A stretch of DNA of 64,000 bases, from IMG/VR virus record IMGVR_UViG_3300044640_001495, positions 1 through 64,000 of that record; one strand, given 5' to 3'. Under the pieces are notes generated by a model. The model saw only the letters and a program-made list of their open reading frames with translations. It was not told the origin of the DNA and did not search any database. A program made the position numbers and the translations under genes. Positions 8,546 through 17,324 of this stretch are shown in pieces. Each line of letters opens with the position of its first letter. The stretch's first letter is position 1.

Positions 8546-9347
8546 GCTATTTGAAGGCGGTAATGTATTCAAGGACGCCGATAAAAAATCACTAACGCAA
8601 CGCATCGCCACAGGCGACGTTGAGTCGACGGTCCTGTATATCGAAAAGATCACAGGCCTGGACTTTACCAAAGAAAAACACGCAGATGACAAAAAACCGG
8701 TGAAATGGTTGGGCACCACAGGCCGCAAAGAAGATCCAGATGGCACCTTTGAGCGCAACAGTTCCGGGGATCTAGATCTTTCAGTGGATGCCAATGAAGT
8801 AGACAAAAGAGCCTTTGCCGACAAATTGATAGCACAGTTTGGCAAAGAAAATGTCAAGCTCAGCGGAGATAATGTGCATTGGAAAACTCCTATCAACGGT
8901 GATGCTGCCAATGGGTTTGTGCAAGCTGACTTTATGTTTTCCGCAAATCCCAAGTTTCAACAAGGTAGCATGATCGGTGGACAGGGTGAGTACCGTGGAG
9001 AGCACCGCCACATTGTATTGAGTTCAATTGCCCGTGCTAGAGGCATGAAGTACAGTCCCAAACATGGTTTACTAAACGCTACCACAGACGAACTGTTACC
9101 TGACGGCAACGATTGGAATGTGATCAGCAAGCAGCTATTGGGACAATCAGCCACGGTCAAAGACATTCGTTCTGTGGACACCATTCTCAATTATATCAAG
9201 AAACTGCCCAACTACGAAGAGCTAGTTGCAGGTGCTAGAGAAACACTAGGCAAACAAGGAATCGAATTGCCGAAGAACGAAGCCTTTGAAAGCTATCAAC
9301 CTGGAACAATAGGTTGGATGCGCAGAATGATAAACATTACAAAATGA
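8538..9347 (+). CDS. putative Pol-beta-superfamily nucleotidyltransferase-like protein
   Basis: LGTTG...SSGDLDLSVD and VQADFM (third acidic residue) pattern. Confidence 0.5.
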   Translation: MNKLFEGGNVFKDADKKSLTQRIATGDVESTVLYIEKITGLDFTKEKHADDKKPVKWLGTTGRKEDPDGTFERNSSGDLDLSVDANEVDKRAFADKLIAQFGKENVKLSGDNVHWKTPINGDAANGFVQADFMFSANPKFQQGSMIGGQGEYRGEHRHIVLSSIARARGMKYSPKHGLLNATTDELLPDGNDWNVISKQLLGQSATVKDIRSVDTILNYIKKLPNYEELVAGARETLGKQGIELPKNEAFESYQPGTIGWMRRMINITK

Positions 9348-10444
9348 GAGCATTTGAATTCCTAATTGAAGACGAAGCGGCTCCTGCACCCAAGAAAGTG
9401 GGCCGTGAGTTTAATCACCTAGAAGATCTAGTGTTCACAGAGGCCAATGGTGCTGTCAAAGCCATACAGATCCTAAAAGATTTAGCCAGTCCAGAAACCA
9501 GTATTACCATTAAGTGGGACGGCAACCCCACAGTCTATTGGGGACGTGAAGAAGATGGCACCTTCCGCATGGTAGGCAAGAACAACTGGGGACGTGAAGA
9601 AGGCAAAAGCTCTAACCCAGAAGAATTAAAACAGTTTATCATGAGTCGTGGCAAAGGTGAAGACTGGCGTCCTAAATTTGCCAGTGATATGGCCGCACTG
9701 TGGCCCATATTTGAAAAGGCAACACCTGCAGAATTCCGTGGCTATGTTTATGGAGATATTCTATTCCATCCAGGTAAACCCTATAAAGGTGGCGATGGTA
9801 AAATATCATTCACTCCTAATCAAACCACTTATTCCGTGACAGGCAGCAGTGAAGTTGGCCGTCAGTTGGCCAAGGCCAAAGTGGCAGTGGCAGCACACAA
9901 ACTGTTCAGTTACTTTGGAGACAAGAGTGGTGAAGACTTCAATGACGTTGAGCAGTTCAGTGGTAACCCTGAACTCAAGGTGTTTGGACTCACCAGTGTG
10001 AGTTACAGACCTGCTGTGGGAGCAGATAATCTCAGCAAGATAGAAGCATTGGCCAAAAATCAGCGGGCAATAAACAACCTGTTGGCTCCTGTAGCAGGCA
10101 TGGGCTATCTGCAGAGTGAGATCTATACCTTTGTGAACACTCAATCAAAGGCCAAGCAATTGGACAACATCAACACAGAAGCGTTCATGTCTTTTGTGCA
10201 AAAAACTCCTGCTAAAGCTGCCAAGATCACAGCACACAGCGAACAACATCCAGGAGTTATGGACAAGTTGTTTGAACTGGTGCGTGAAATCATGGCAGCC
10301 AAAGATGAAGTAATACGTGAGTTAGACGCTGCCGGAGGTGACATTACAGCCACAACAGGTGGCAAGCCCGGCGGGGAAGGCTATGTTGCTGGTGGTTCAA
10401 AGTTGGTACCTAGAGACCGCTGGACTCCTTTTAGAGCCGACTAA
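9344..10444 (+). CDS. ligase-like (KxDG) nucleotidyltransferase, DUF6267-like
   Basis: HLED..., TIKWDGNP motif I, YVYGDILF and GGEGYV; ATGA overlap places the start at 9344. Confidence 0.55.
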   Translation: MRAFEFLIEDEAAPAPKKVGREFNHLEDLVFTEANGAVKAIQILKDLASPETSITIKWDGNPTVYWGREEDGTFRMVGKNNWGREEGKSSNPEELKQFIMSRGKGEDWRPKFASDMAALWPIFEKATPAEFRGYVYGDILFHPGKPYKGGDGKISFTPNQTTYSVTGSSEVGRQLAKAKVAVAAHKLFSYFGDKSGEDFNDVEQFSGNPELKVFGLTSVSYRPAVGADNLSKIEALAKNQRAINNLLAPVAGMGYLQSEIYTFVNTQSKAKQLDNINTEAFMSFVQKTPAKAAKITAHSEQHPGVMDKLFELVREIMAAKDEVIRELDAAGGDITATTGGKPGGEGYVAGGSKLVPRDRWTPFRAD

Positions 10445-10478
10445 AATCAGCCGTATCGGCGTGATTTTTTCAATCCAA

Positions 10479-10486
10479 TATAAATA
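10479..10486 (+). promoter_or_regulatory. T4-like late promoter TATAAATA
   Basis: Exact TATAAATA. Related (A/C/T)TAAATA motifs precede many structural-type genes (3629, 3847, 11416, 12305, 15262, 17297, 24653, 31542, 45792). Confidence 0.65.
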
Positions 10487-10558
10487 CTGTATAAGAATCA
10501 AGGTGATTCTTATATATTGCCGGTCCCGGAGCGGGATCATTGATAAGGAGAAAACATC

Positions 10559-10924
10559 ATGGCAGAAACAACAAGAGTAAACCCCACAGCAGTAGCATTG
10601 GGCACACTACAATCTACACTACAACTAAAACTGTTTAAGTGTGTTTTGAATAACAGCGGCGATGCAACAGCACGTAACGCAGCAACTATGTCACTATTGA
10701 CAGATGAAATCGGCACTACCGGTGCATTGATGCAAGGCAAGGCCAACGGTCTTGAGCTAGCATTTATCGGTGACGGTCACGCTCTTGACGTTGACACAGT
10801 TGCAATCCGTTTAGGCCGTATCATTGCAGCAGGTTCACGTACATCTTCTGGTGTTTGGACATTTACAGGCGGTGGTACATTGACTGTAACTAACCCAACA
10901 ACTTTTGTTGGTCTACAGACCTAA
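10559..10924 (+). CDS. putative small virion structural protein
   Basis: Late promoter, AAGGAG RBS, Ala/Thr/Gly-rich, followed by a terminator. Confidence 0.55.
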   Translation: MAETTRVNPTAVALGTLQSTLQLKLFKCVLNNSGDATARNAATMSLLTDEIGTTGALMQGKANGLELAFIGDGHALDVDTVAIRLGRIIAAGSRTSSGVWTFTGGGTLTVTNPTTFVGLQT

Positions 10925-10953
10925 TTAGTTAATTCTCAGGGATGGGAAGCACT

Positions 10954-10976
10954 AAAGCACCTTCGGGTGCTTTTTT
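10954..10976 (+). terminator. intrinsic terminator
   Basis: aaagcacc-TTCG-ggtgcttttttg. Confidence 0.85.
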
Positions 10977-11014
10977 GTTGGCTGGTCAATCGTAGGCGTA
11001 AATAGTAGCACATT

Positions 11015-11419
11015 ATGGCACGCTATCAAGTTATTACTCTCGTAGACATCACTAGAACTCACGCTAGTAGATATGAAACTGATCAATTGAAATTAGGACA
11101 ACAGGCCAACTTCAACGCTCTTCAACAGGCAATTGGCCTGCGTTCTAATTTTTCCTTTCTGTCCGACCCCAGTCAACAGTCCGGACAGTTGCCAAGAGAC
11201 CTAGAAGGTAAGGCTACTTATTGGACTTGGAACTTTGATACAGAACGTGATAGTGTTTTTCTCAAAGGTCAAGACCCAGTTGGCCTGTTAATTGACGATA
11301 TCAATGGGGTTCCTATAACCAATCAACTAAATAATTCAGTTGATATAGATCCAGCAGCATTTATTAGTAAAGGTGATCGTGCAAATATTTGGATATACGA
11401 AATCACACAAGCGGGATAA
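11015..11419 (+). CDS. hypothetical protein
   Basis: 134 aa ORF after a TAAATA motif. Confidence 0.65.
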   Translation: MARYQVITLVDITRTHASRYETDQLKLGQQANFNALQQAIGLRSNFSFLSDPSQQSGQLPRDLEGKATYWTWNFDTERDSVFLKGQDPVGLLIDDINGVPITNQLNNSVDIDPAAFISKGDRANIWIYEITQAG

Positions 11420-11515
11420 ATACAATTTAACAGGCAAAACCATTAGGCATTTCGGAACACTTAGGCACATGGCTCGGAGCGAGCACTTGACTTAACATAA
11501 AAGGAAACAGCCATA

Positions 11516-11821
11516 ATGGCCACAACCGTAGAACGACTTGGTGTAGTAGAGACCAAGGTAGCAAACCTAGACGAAAAATTAGACGAGATCAAGGTTGATG
11601 TCAAAGACATGCACGACTGTCTAGACAAGACTCGCGACAGTGTCATGGCCAAATTAGATGACATGTACGGAGCAAGCTGTGAACAACATAGTCAATTGGC
11701 CAGTAAAATTACAGAATTAGAACGTTTCAAACAAAAATGGATCTATATGACAGCAGGCGGCATAGCAGTGTTGGGCTTTTTATCCGGCCACTCTGCAACA
11801 TTTGCCAGCTTGTTCAAGTGA
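11516..11821 (+). CDS. coiled-coil protein with C-terminal TM helix (XhlA/holin-like)
   Basis: Heptad repeats followed by WIYMTAGGIAVLGFLSG. Confidence 0.55.
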   Translation: MATTVERLGVVETKVANLDEKLDEIKVDVKDMHDCLDKTRDSVMAKLDDMYGASCEQHSQLASKITELERFKQKWIYMTAGGIAVLGFLSGHSATFASLFK

Positions 11822-11863
11822 CAGGTTGAATACAATTAAATAAGGGCCATAGGTCCTTTTTTT

Positions 11864-12304
11864 ATGACTAACATTTCTAAACGCTTAGAGCAAGTAGTTA
11901 GTTCTGCACAACAAAGATTAATTGAAAAACATCAAATTCTCCCAGTTAAAGTCGCAGAAGGAATCCTTGTGGGCGATGTACTCATTGTCAGCGAAGGCAT
12001 TGTCAAACACCTTAGATATAATGACACCTGGCTTTACAAAGACATTTACCTAAATGCAGCAGCCATACGATTGGCCAATATGTTGGCTGTAAACAAACTG
12101 TCAATTCACGCTGATAAGCTGCATAGGGCAGATCAGGAGTACGGCCGCTGGTACCATGACAGTCAAATGCTTCGTGCTCAATATCAAAAAGCACAGCTCA
12201 AACATGATCACAACCGTGCAGACATGTTATGGGCTAGATACTGTGAAAGCAGAGATCGAGCTATAAATGCCAAAAACATTGTGCAGCGATTGACCTGCAT
12301 ATGA
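11864..12304 (+). CDS. hypothetical protein
   Basis: 146 aa ORF. Confidence 0.6.
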   Translation: MTNISKRLEQVVSSAQQRLIEKHQILPVKVAEGILVGDVLIVSEGIVKHLRYNDTWLYKDIYLNAAAIRLANMLAVNKLSIHADKLHRADQEYGRWYHDSQMLRAQYQKAQLKHDHNRADMLWARYCESRDRAINAKNIVQRLTCI

Positions 12305-12337
12305 ATAAATATACTATCATTCTGGACCTTAACTAAT

Positions 12338-13879
12338 ATGAAAACAACAGACCTTTTTGCATTCAATAGATCATCTAAAAGACTAAATGAATCGTTGTCT
12401 AAAACTTTTGGGCGTAAACTAAACTTAGAAACATTCAGTGTTGAACAGCTGGAAGATGCACGTAATAAACTACGCACACAGATCTACACGGCCCGTAGCA
12501 GTTCTAACTTCAACGAAACGGTGGAAAACGATGCTCTAACACAGGCACAGTTCATGCACGATGCTATTGTTGCAGAACTTGCAGAGCGTGATGAGCCTAT
12601 TGTTGACAACACACAACTAGAAGAAGCACAAGCGTTCTATGTAATGCTCTTGGGACCACGTTCTGGCCAACGTGATCCATACCACGGTCCTTTTAATAGT
12701 CCAGACGAAGCACAGGCATGGATTGACACTGAATCACCTAATCCGGAAGATTACGAAGTAGGCGATTTCCCTGCTGGACAATTTGGACAATATGATAATG
12801 GCCAACCAGTACAAGAAGGTATGACGGAAGGTGGCAACTTTGACGAACAAGCGGTAGTAGATCTTCTTAAGAAATTCGACGAAGATATGAATGAAATTGG
12901 CGGCTACGGTGATCCCGACTATGATAAAATTATGGCGGCTCTAAGCAAGGGTGATATTGAGTCTGCCATCGATGAAATTTGGAATTCTTATTCCGATCAA
13001 GATGGCGGCGAACTTCGCAATATAGATTCGTATATTCAAGATCTAGAATCCGAAATTAGTTATGTTGTACAAGGATCAGACGACGAAGGCGGCGACACCG
13101 ATGATGCATATGCCCTAGCATCAGCAGGTCATGGTGGCGATGAAGACTATGGAACTTTTAATCAAGGCGAAAGTCTACAGAATGAAGCGTATATTAATAA
13201 TGCAGAAGATGCAATTAATTTACTAGCGGCAATTAGAGCACAATCTAAAATGGCAGAACGTGGTGGCGGCGAACCAGTCCGCCCTAATCAACTGGTCAAT
13301 GACCTTTGGGATGTCATGCAATGGATTGAAGCCAACATGAAAGAATCAATTGAAACAGAATCAAAAAATACAGGAGATAATATGCGTAATCTAAGAGAAG
13401 GTGAAATCCAGCAAGCGTCTGCGATTGTCACAGCAAAGACAATGGTTGACAGAGTTGGCCGTTGGATCGAGGAACTTTCTGGTATGGAGAACGATACTCT
13501 ATTACAGTTAGGCGATTCTATCCGTGACGAAATGGGACAAGAGCAGGCCAAGCAGTTTATATCTGCATCAGCTCCGGCTATCCAATCGGCACTAGAAAAT
13601 CTCAAAGCTACTCGCGAGGCCCTAGCTTCCAGCGTGAGAGCACTTACTGGCGAAGAACAAAGTGCTGAAATGCTAGGCGGCGAGCCAGGTGCAGACATGG
13701 CAGCTCCTGCAGAACCAGACGCCATGAATGCCGAGCCAGGAATGGATATGGGCGACGAAGTTGCAGGTGACGACTTTGATGCAGCTGAACCAGCAGCAGG
13801 GGGCCTAGGTGATGCAGGACGTGAACAGCGTGAAAGCATTGATCGTCAAAGCCGTTTGATGAAAGTATTGGCAGGATGA
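12338..13879 (+). CDS. acidic prohead core/scaffold-like protein
   Basis: Very Glu/Asp-rich, helical, many (L/I)xE sites, late promoter at 12305. Confidence 0.5.
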   Translation: MKTTDLFAFNRSSKRLNESLSKTFGRKLNLETFSVEQLEDARNKLRTQIYTARSSSNFNETVENDALTQAQFMHDAIVAELAERDEPIVDNTQLEEAQAFYVMLLGPRSGQRDPYHGPFNSPDEAQAWIDTESPNPEDYEVGDFPAGQFGQYDNGQPVQEGMTEGGNFDEQAVVDLLKKFDEDMNEIGGYGDPDYDKIMAALSKGDIESAIDEIWNSYSDQDGGELRNIDSYIQDLESEISYVVQGSDDEGGDTDDAYALASAGHGGDEDYGTFNQGESLQNEAYINNAEDAINLLAAIRAQSKMAERGGGEPVRPNQLVNDLWDVMQWIEANMKESIETESKNTGDNMRNLREGEIQQASAIVTAKTMVDRVGRWIEELSGMENDTLLQLGDSIRDEMGQEQAKQFISASAPAIQSALENLKATREALASSVRALTGEEQSAEMLGGEPGADMAAPAEPDAMNAEPGMDMGDEVAGDDFDAAEPAAGGLGDAGREQRESIDRQSRLMKVLAG

Positions 13880-14154
13880 AATTTTTTGACATCACCAACG
13901 AGGGCGACTTCTTAAAAATTAGAGAACTTGCCCCAACGGTTGCTCCTGGCACCCCTGGAGCGCCGTTAGGTGCTGCACCAGCAGCAGGTCCTGCACCTAC
14001 TGCTGCTCCTGCTCAAGATCCGCAGATGCAACAAAAGATGATGGCACAGCAGGCGTTGGATCGCGCCAATCAAAAAAAACAAATTCAAGATCAAATAAAA
14101 TCAAAGCAAGAAGAACTTGCTGAATTACAAAAACAGTTGGCGGCTATAAAATGA
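13876..14154 (+). CDS. hypothetical protein (Pro/Ala linker plus coiled coil)
   Basis: ATGA overlap; N-terminus MKFFDITNE. Confidence 0.6.
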   Translation: MKFFDITNEGDFLKIRELAPTVAPGTPGAPLGAAPAAGPAPTAAPAQDPQMQQKMMAQQALDRANQKKQIQDQIKSKQEELAELQKQLAAIK

Positions 14155-14537
14155 GATTTTTTGAATTTAGCGGCGATGATGAAGGTGATCGATTCGTTAT
14201 GGTTCTTCGTAATTACATTGGTCGTGCCGCCAGTAAGAAGGCGCCTGCTAAATTAAATTGGAATGGACTCAACAAAGTTCTAGCCACAAATGGATTTGAA
14301 CTAACAGCAGACTACGAAACATTCAAGGCCATGTACGATTCAATACCAACTATTCAGCAGATGGTTAAGAATTTTAACGCTGACGGCATTGAACTAAACG
14401 TACCAGGTGCACCAGACGAAGAGCCAAAAGGTGACGGAACCAAATCCCCAGAAGATAGTCAAACAGCAGTAGACCAAACAGCAGCATCAGCAGCGGCCGG
14501 ACAATTGGCACAATCACAAGCAACACCCCAGACTTGA
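14151..14537 (+). CDS. hypothetical protein
   Basis: ATGA overlap; N-terminus MRFFEF. Confidence 0.6.
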   Translation: MRFFEFSGDDEGDRFVMVLRNYIGRAASKKAPAKLNWNGLNKVLATNGFELTADYETFKAMYDSIPTIQQMVKNFNADGIELNVPGAPDEEPKGDGTKSPEDSQTAVDQTAASAAAGQLAQSQATPQT

Positions 14538-14562
14538 CGTCCCCGTAGTTTTCCTGTAATAT
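14534..14562 (+). promoter_or_regulatory. sigma70-type promoter
   Basis: TTGACG-N17-TAATAT just upstream of the exonuclease gene. Confidence 0.6.
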
Positions 14563-14569
14563 ATACAGT

Positions 14570-15265
14570 ATGACTATATCTCCACCTCCCTTTGTAGAAA
14601 AATTTCAATATAAGCCCTGTCAACAGGTCAACGATCCAATTACTCGCAAGCGAGTATATCTTACTCCGGACGGCGAAAGCCTTCCATCAGTGACCACTAT
14701 ACTTGGTGCTACTAAAGACATGACCCATTTGAATGAATGGCGTGATAGAATTGGGCATGCCAAGGCACAACAAATTACCACAGAAGCCGCAGGTGTAGGC
14801 ACAGCCATGCACGGCAATCTAGAACGTTTTGTGTGCGGCATGCAACGTCAACCTGGAAATAATCCTGTACACATACAGGCCAATAAAATGGCTGATGTGA
14901 TTATTGAAAACGGACTAAGCAAGGTAAACGAAATATGGGCCATGGAACAGAGCCTGTACTTTCCCGGTCTATTCTCGGGCACCACTGACCTAGTGGGCAT
15001 ACACGAAGGCGAGCCTGCGGTAATGGATTACAAGCAGACCAACAAGCCCAAGAAAGCAGAGTGGGTGGAAGATTACTATCTACAACTGATGGCCTATATA
15101 CTAGCACATAATGAAGTCTACGGCACAGATATTCGCAAGGGTGTTATCTTTATGTGCAGTCGTGCTTTTGAATATCAACAGTTTACTCTAGAGCCTGCAG
15201 ACTTCAACAAATGGCAGGACGCTTGGTTAAACAAGGTAGAGGAATACTACAGTCTAGGAAGATAA
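14570..15265 (+). CDS. PD-(D/E)XK exonuclease (Cas4/MGME1-like phage exonuclease)
   Basis: LPSVTTIL, GTAMH, E..L...FSGTTD, MDYKQT and YLQLMAY motifs. Confidence 0.85.
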   Translation: MTISPPPFVEKFQYKPCQQVNDPITRKRVYLTPDGESLPSVTTILGATKDMTHLNEWRDRIGHAKAQQITTEAAGVGTAMHGNLERFVCGMQRQPGNNPVHIQANKMADVIIENGLSKVNEIWAMEQSLYFPGLFSGTTDLVGIHEGEPAVMDYKQTNKPKKAEWVEDYYLQLMAYILAHNEVYGTDIRKGVIFMCSRAFEYQQFTLEPADFNKWQDAWLNKVEEYYSLGR

Positions 15266-15291
15266 ATACTCTATAACGGGAATTTACTACT

Positions 15292-16884
15292 ATGGCTGTT
15301 GTCCAGATATCAAAAATCCAGGTCAGAAGAGGCCTTAAAAATGCAGGAATCGGTGTTCCTCAACTGAGCGCGGCAGAATTTGCATGGGCAGTAGATTCCC
15401 AGGAACTGTTCATAGGTAACGGCAGCGTGGCTGACGGTGCCCCTTATGTTGGCAATACCAAAGTGCTCACCGAGCATGATAACATATTAGAACTTGCAGC
15501 CAGTTATAGATTCAGTGAATCTGAACCTTCTATAGCGCAAAGTGTTGCCAGGTCACTTCAGACCAAATTAGATGAATATGTCAGTGTGTTGGATTTTGGA
15601 GCCATACCGGATGGCAGCACAGACTGTGTGCCATTTTTTCAAAATGCCTTGAATGAATTGTTTAGAAACATAGATCCTAGATTCAAAAAAACTCTGCTGA
15701 TCCCCAACGGCACATATTTTTTCAGCAGCAACTTAAAAATTCCTAGCACGGCAAAGATACAAGGCGAAACCAGAGACGGTGCTATTCTGCAGATAGGCAA
15801 CAACAGTATTTTATTTGTCACAGCTAACGGTCAAGAAGTTGCAGAATTCACCAGTGGCAATAGACCAACCGATGTCAATATCAGTAATTTAACAATTGAT
15901 CACAATCAAGGTCAAACGGTATTAACCGGAGTAGCAGATAGTGCGTTCACCAATGTAAAATGGACCAGCGGCTATGTGTTGGGAGACCCTATCGTTGGTG
16001 ATATTCAAAACTCCAATCCATCATTGTACTGGGAAAACAGTCTTGATGGTACTAAAGTAACCAACATCACGCTCAAAGACTGTGTGTGGCAATCAACTCC
16101 GTTGGCCGTGAGATCTGATCAGATTACCATAGATTCCAGTGCTCCGCCAAGTTTTGATACCAGCGTGAAATTTGACGGCTGTAGATTTTTTGTCTGCAAC
16201 ACCGCAATAGTGATTAACGGTGTACCCGGCCAAGGAAACCTATGGCGTGTCTTTGACTGTGAGTTTGAAGAAATTGCCGCACACGCCTTTATATCTGACA
16301 ATGGTACAGGCACAGTTATACAACGTTCCAGATTCATCAACTGCGGCAACAACACCAACAACGCAGCCACGCCAACATCCAGTATCGTCAAGTTTGGAGA
16401 GAAAAATGGCAATACTGTGATTGACAGCACCAGCAACAGACATCAAGCAGCAGGATTCACCGCAGTGAGTACTAGACCTGCAATAACAGAAGTTGAAAAC
16501 GCCTCCAGGGTCAGTTTGATAGATATGAATTATGAAATAATCTATCTATCAGACGGTTTTAAACCACTGTCAGTATTTGCAGCATTCAACAGATATACCT
16601 ACATAGATTATGTTTTACAGTTAGGCGATCATTCACGAGCAGGACAAATAGTGGTAATGGTCACTGAGTCAGTAGGCGAATTTACATTCTCCGACAACTA
16701 CGTGTATTCATCACCCAGTTCATCTACACCAGAGGGGATTCTTATGACAGATTTTGTTTTTAATGTAGAATTAAAAGACAACGATGGCGACAGTGGAATT
16801 GAAACACTGTTGTTGTCATATCGAAATCCGCTGTCTTCCGGTCAAACTGGAACGATATCATATTCAATATCGTACGGTGTTTGA
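15292..16884 (+). CDS. tail/baseplate protein with N-terminal tropism-type domain and pectate-lyase-like beta-helix
   Basis: QISKIQVRRG...ELFIGNG N-terminus; VSVLDFGAIPDGSTDC...LLIPNGTYF beta-helix entry. Confidence 0.7.
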   Translation: MAVVQISKIQVRRGLKNAGIGVPQLSAAEFAWAVDSQELFIGNGSVADGAPYVGNTKVLTEHDNILELAASYRFSESEPSIAQSVARSLQTKLDEYVSVLDFGAIPDGSTDCVPFFQNALNELFRNIDPRFKKTLLIPNGTYFFSSNLKIPSTAKIQGETRDGAILQIGNNSILFVTANGQEVAEFTSGNRPTDVNISNLTIDHNQGQTVLTGVADSAFTNVKWTSGYVLGDPIVGDIQNSNPSLYWENSLDGTKVTNITLKDCVWQSTPLAVRSDQITIDSSAPPSFDTSVKFDGCRFFVCNTAIVINGVPGQGNLWRVFDCEFEEIAAHAFISDNGTGTVIQRSRFINCGNNTNNAATPTSSIVKFGEKNGNTVIDSTSNRHQAAGFTAVSTRPAITEVENASRVSLIDMNYEIIYLSDGFKPLSVFAAFNRYTYIDYVLQLGDHSRAGQIVVMVTESVGEFTFSDNYVYSSPSSSTPEGILMTDFVFNVELKDNDGDSGIETLLLSYRNPLSSGQTGTISYSISYGV

Positions 16885-17311
16885 TCTTTACGGAAACGAA
16901 AGATTATTTAAATGGAAGCAGTTCAGAGATAGTTTAGAAGTCAGCGCCACTCCATTAAGTGATGTTGCTGAACTCTGGAGCCATGCTCCGTTTGTCAATC
17001 CTTTCTTAGACCCCCAACAACCAAACACTTGGCCTGACCCTTGGCATTTGGTTATCGACGGCAAGCTAGATGATCTTGCTATTTGTCTCGGCATGCTGTA
17101 TACTATTAAATTAACACAGCGGTTTATGGATACCGTTTGTGAGATACATAAGTCTATGCTCCCCAAAGATCACGATTCAAAATTCTTTCTAGTAGCAGAT
17201 AACGCTGTGTTAAACTACGAACCAAGGATAGCTCATGATCTTAATGTGTTACAAGAAATCAAAACCGACATCGTGTGGTCCAGTTCGGCATTACCAATAA
17301 ATATCAAATAA
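16877..17311 (+). CDS. hypothetical protein (probable GTG start)
   Basis: GTG overlaps the end of the upstream gene; 144 aa. Confidence 0.55.
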   Translation: MFDLYGNERLFKWKQFRDSLEVSATPLSDVAELWSHAPFVNPFLDPQQPNTWPDPWHLVIDGKLDDLAICLGMLYTIKLTQRFMDTVCEIHKSMLPKDHDSKFFLVADNAVLNYEPRIAHDLNVLQEIKTDIVWSSSALPINIK

Positions 17312-17324
17312 AGTAGAGACATAG

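Noticed and set aside
13288-13839. 183-aa antisense ORF, and similar shadow ORFs such as 43197..43601, 50109..50570 and 34943..35299
   Set aside because: They lie opposite well-supported genes, are low-complexity or lack motifs, and have no RBS.
14570-15265. Cas4 as part of a CRISPR-Cas system
   Set aside because: It lacks the four-Cys Fe-S motif and any cas or array context. It is a common stand-alone phage PD-(D/E)XK exonuclease.
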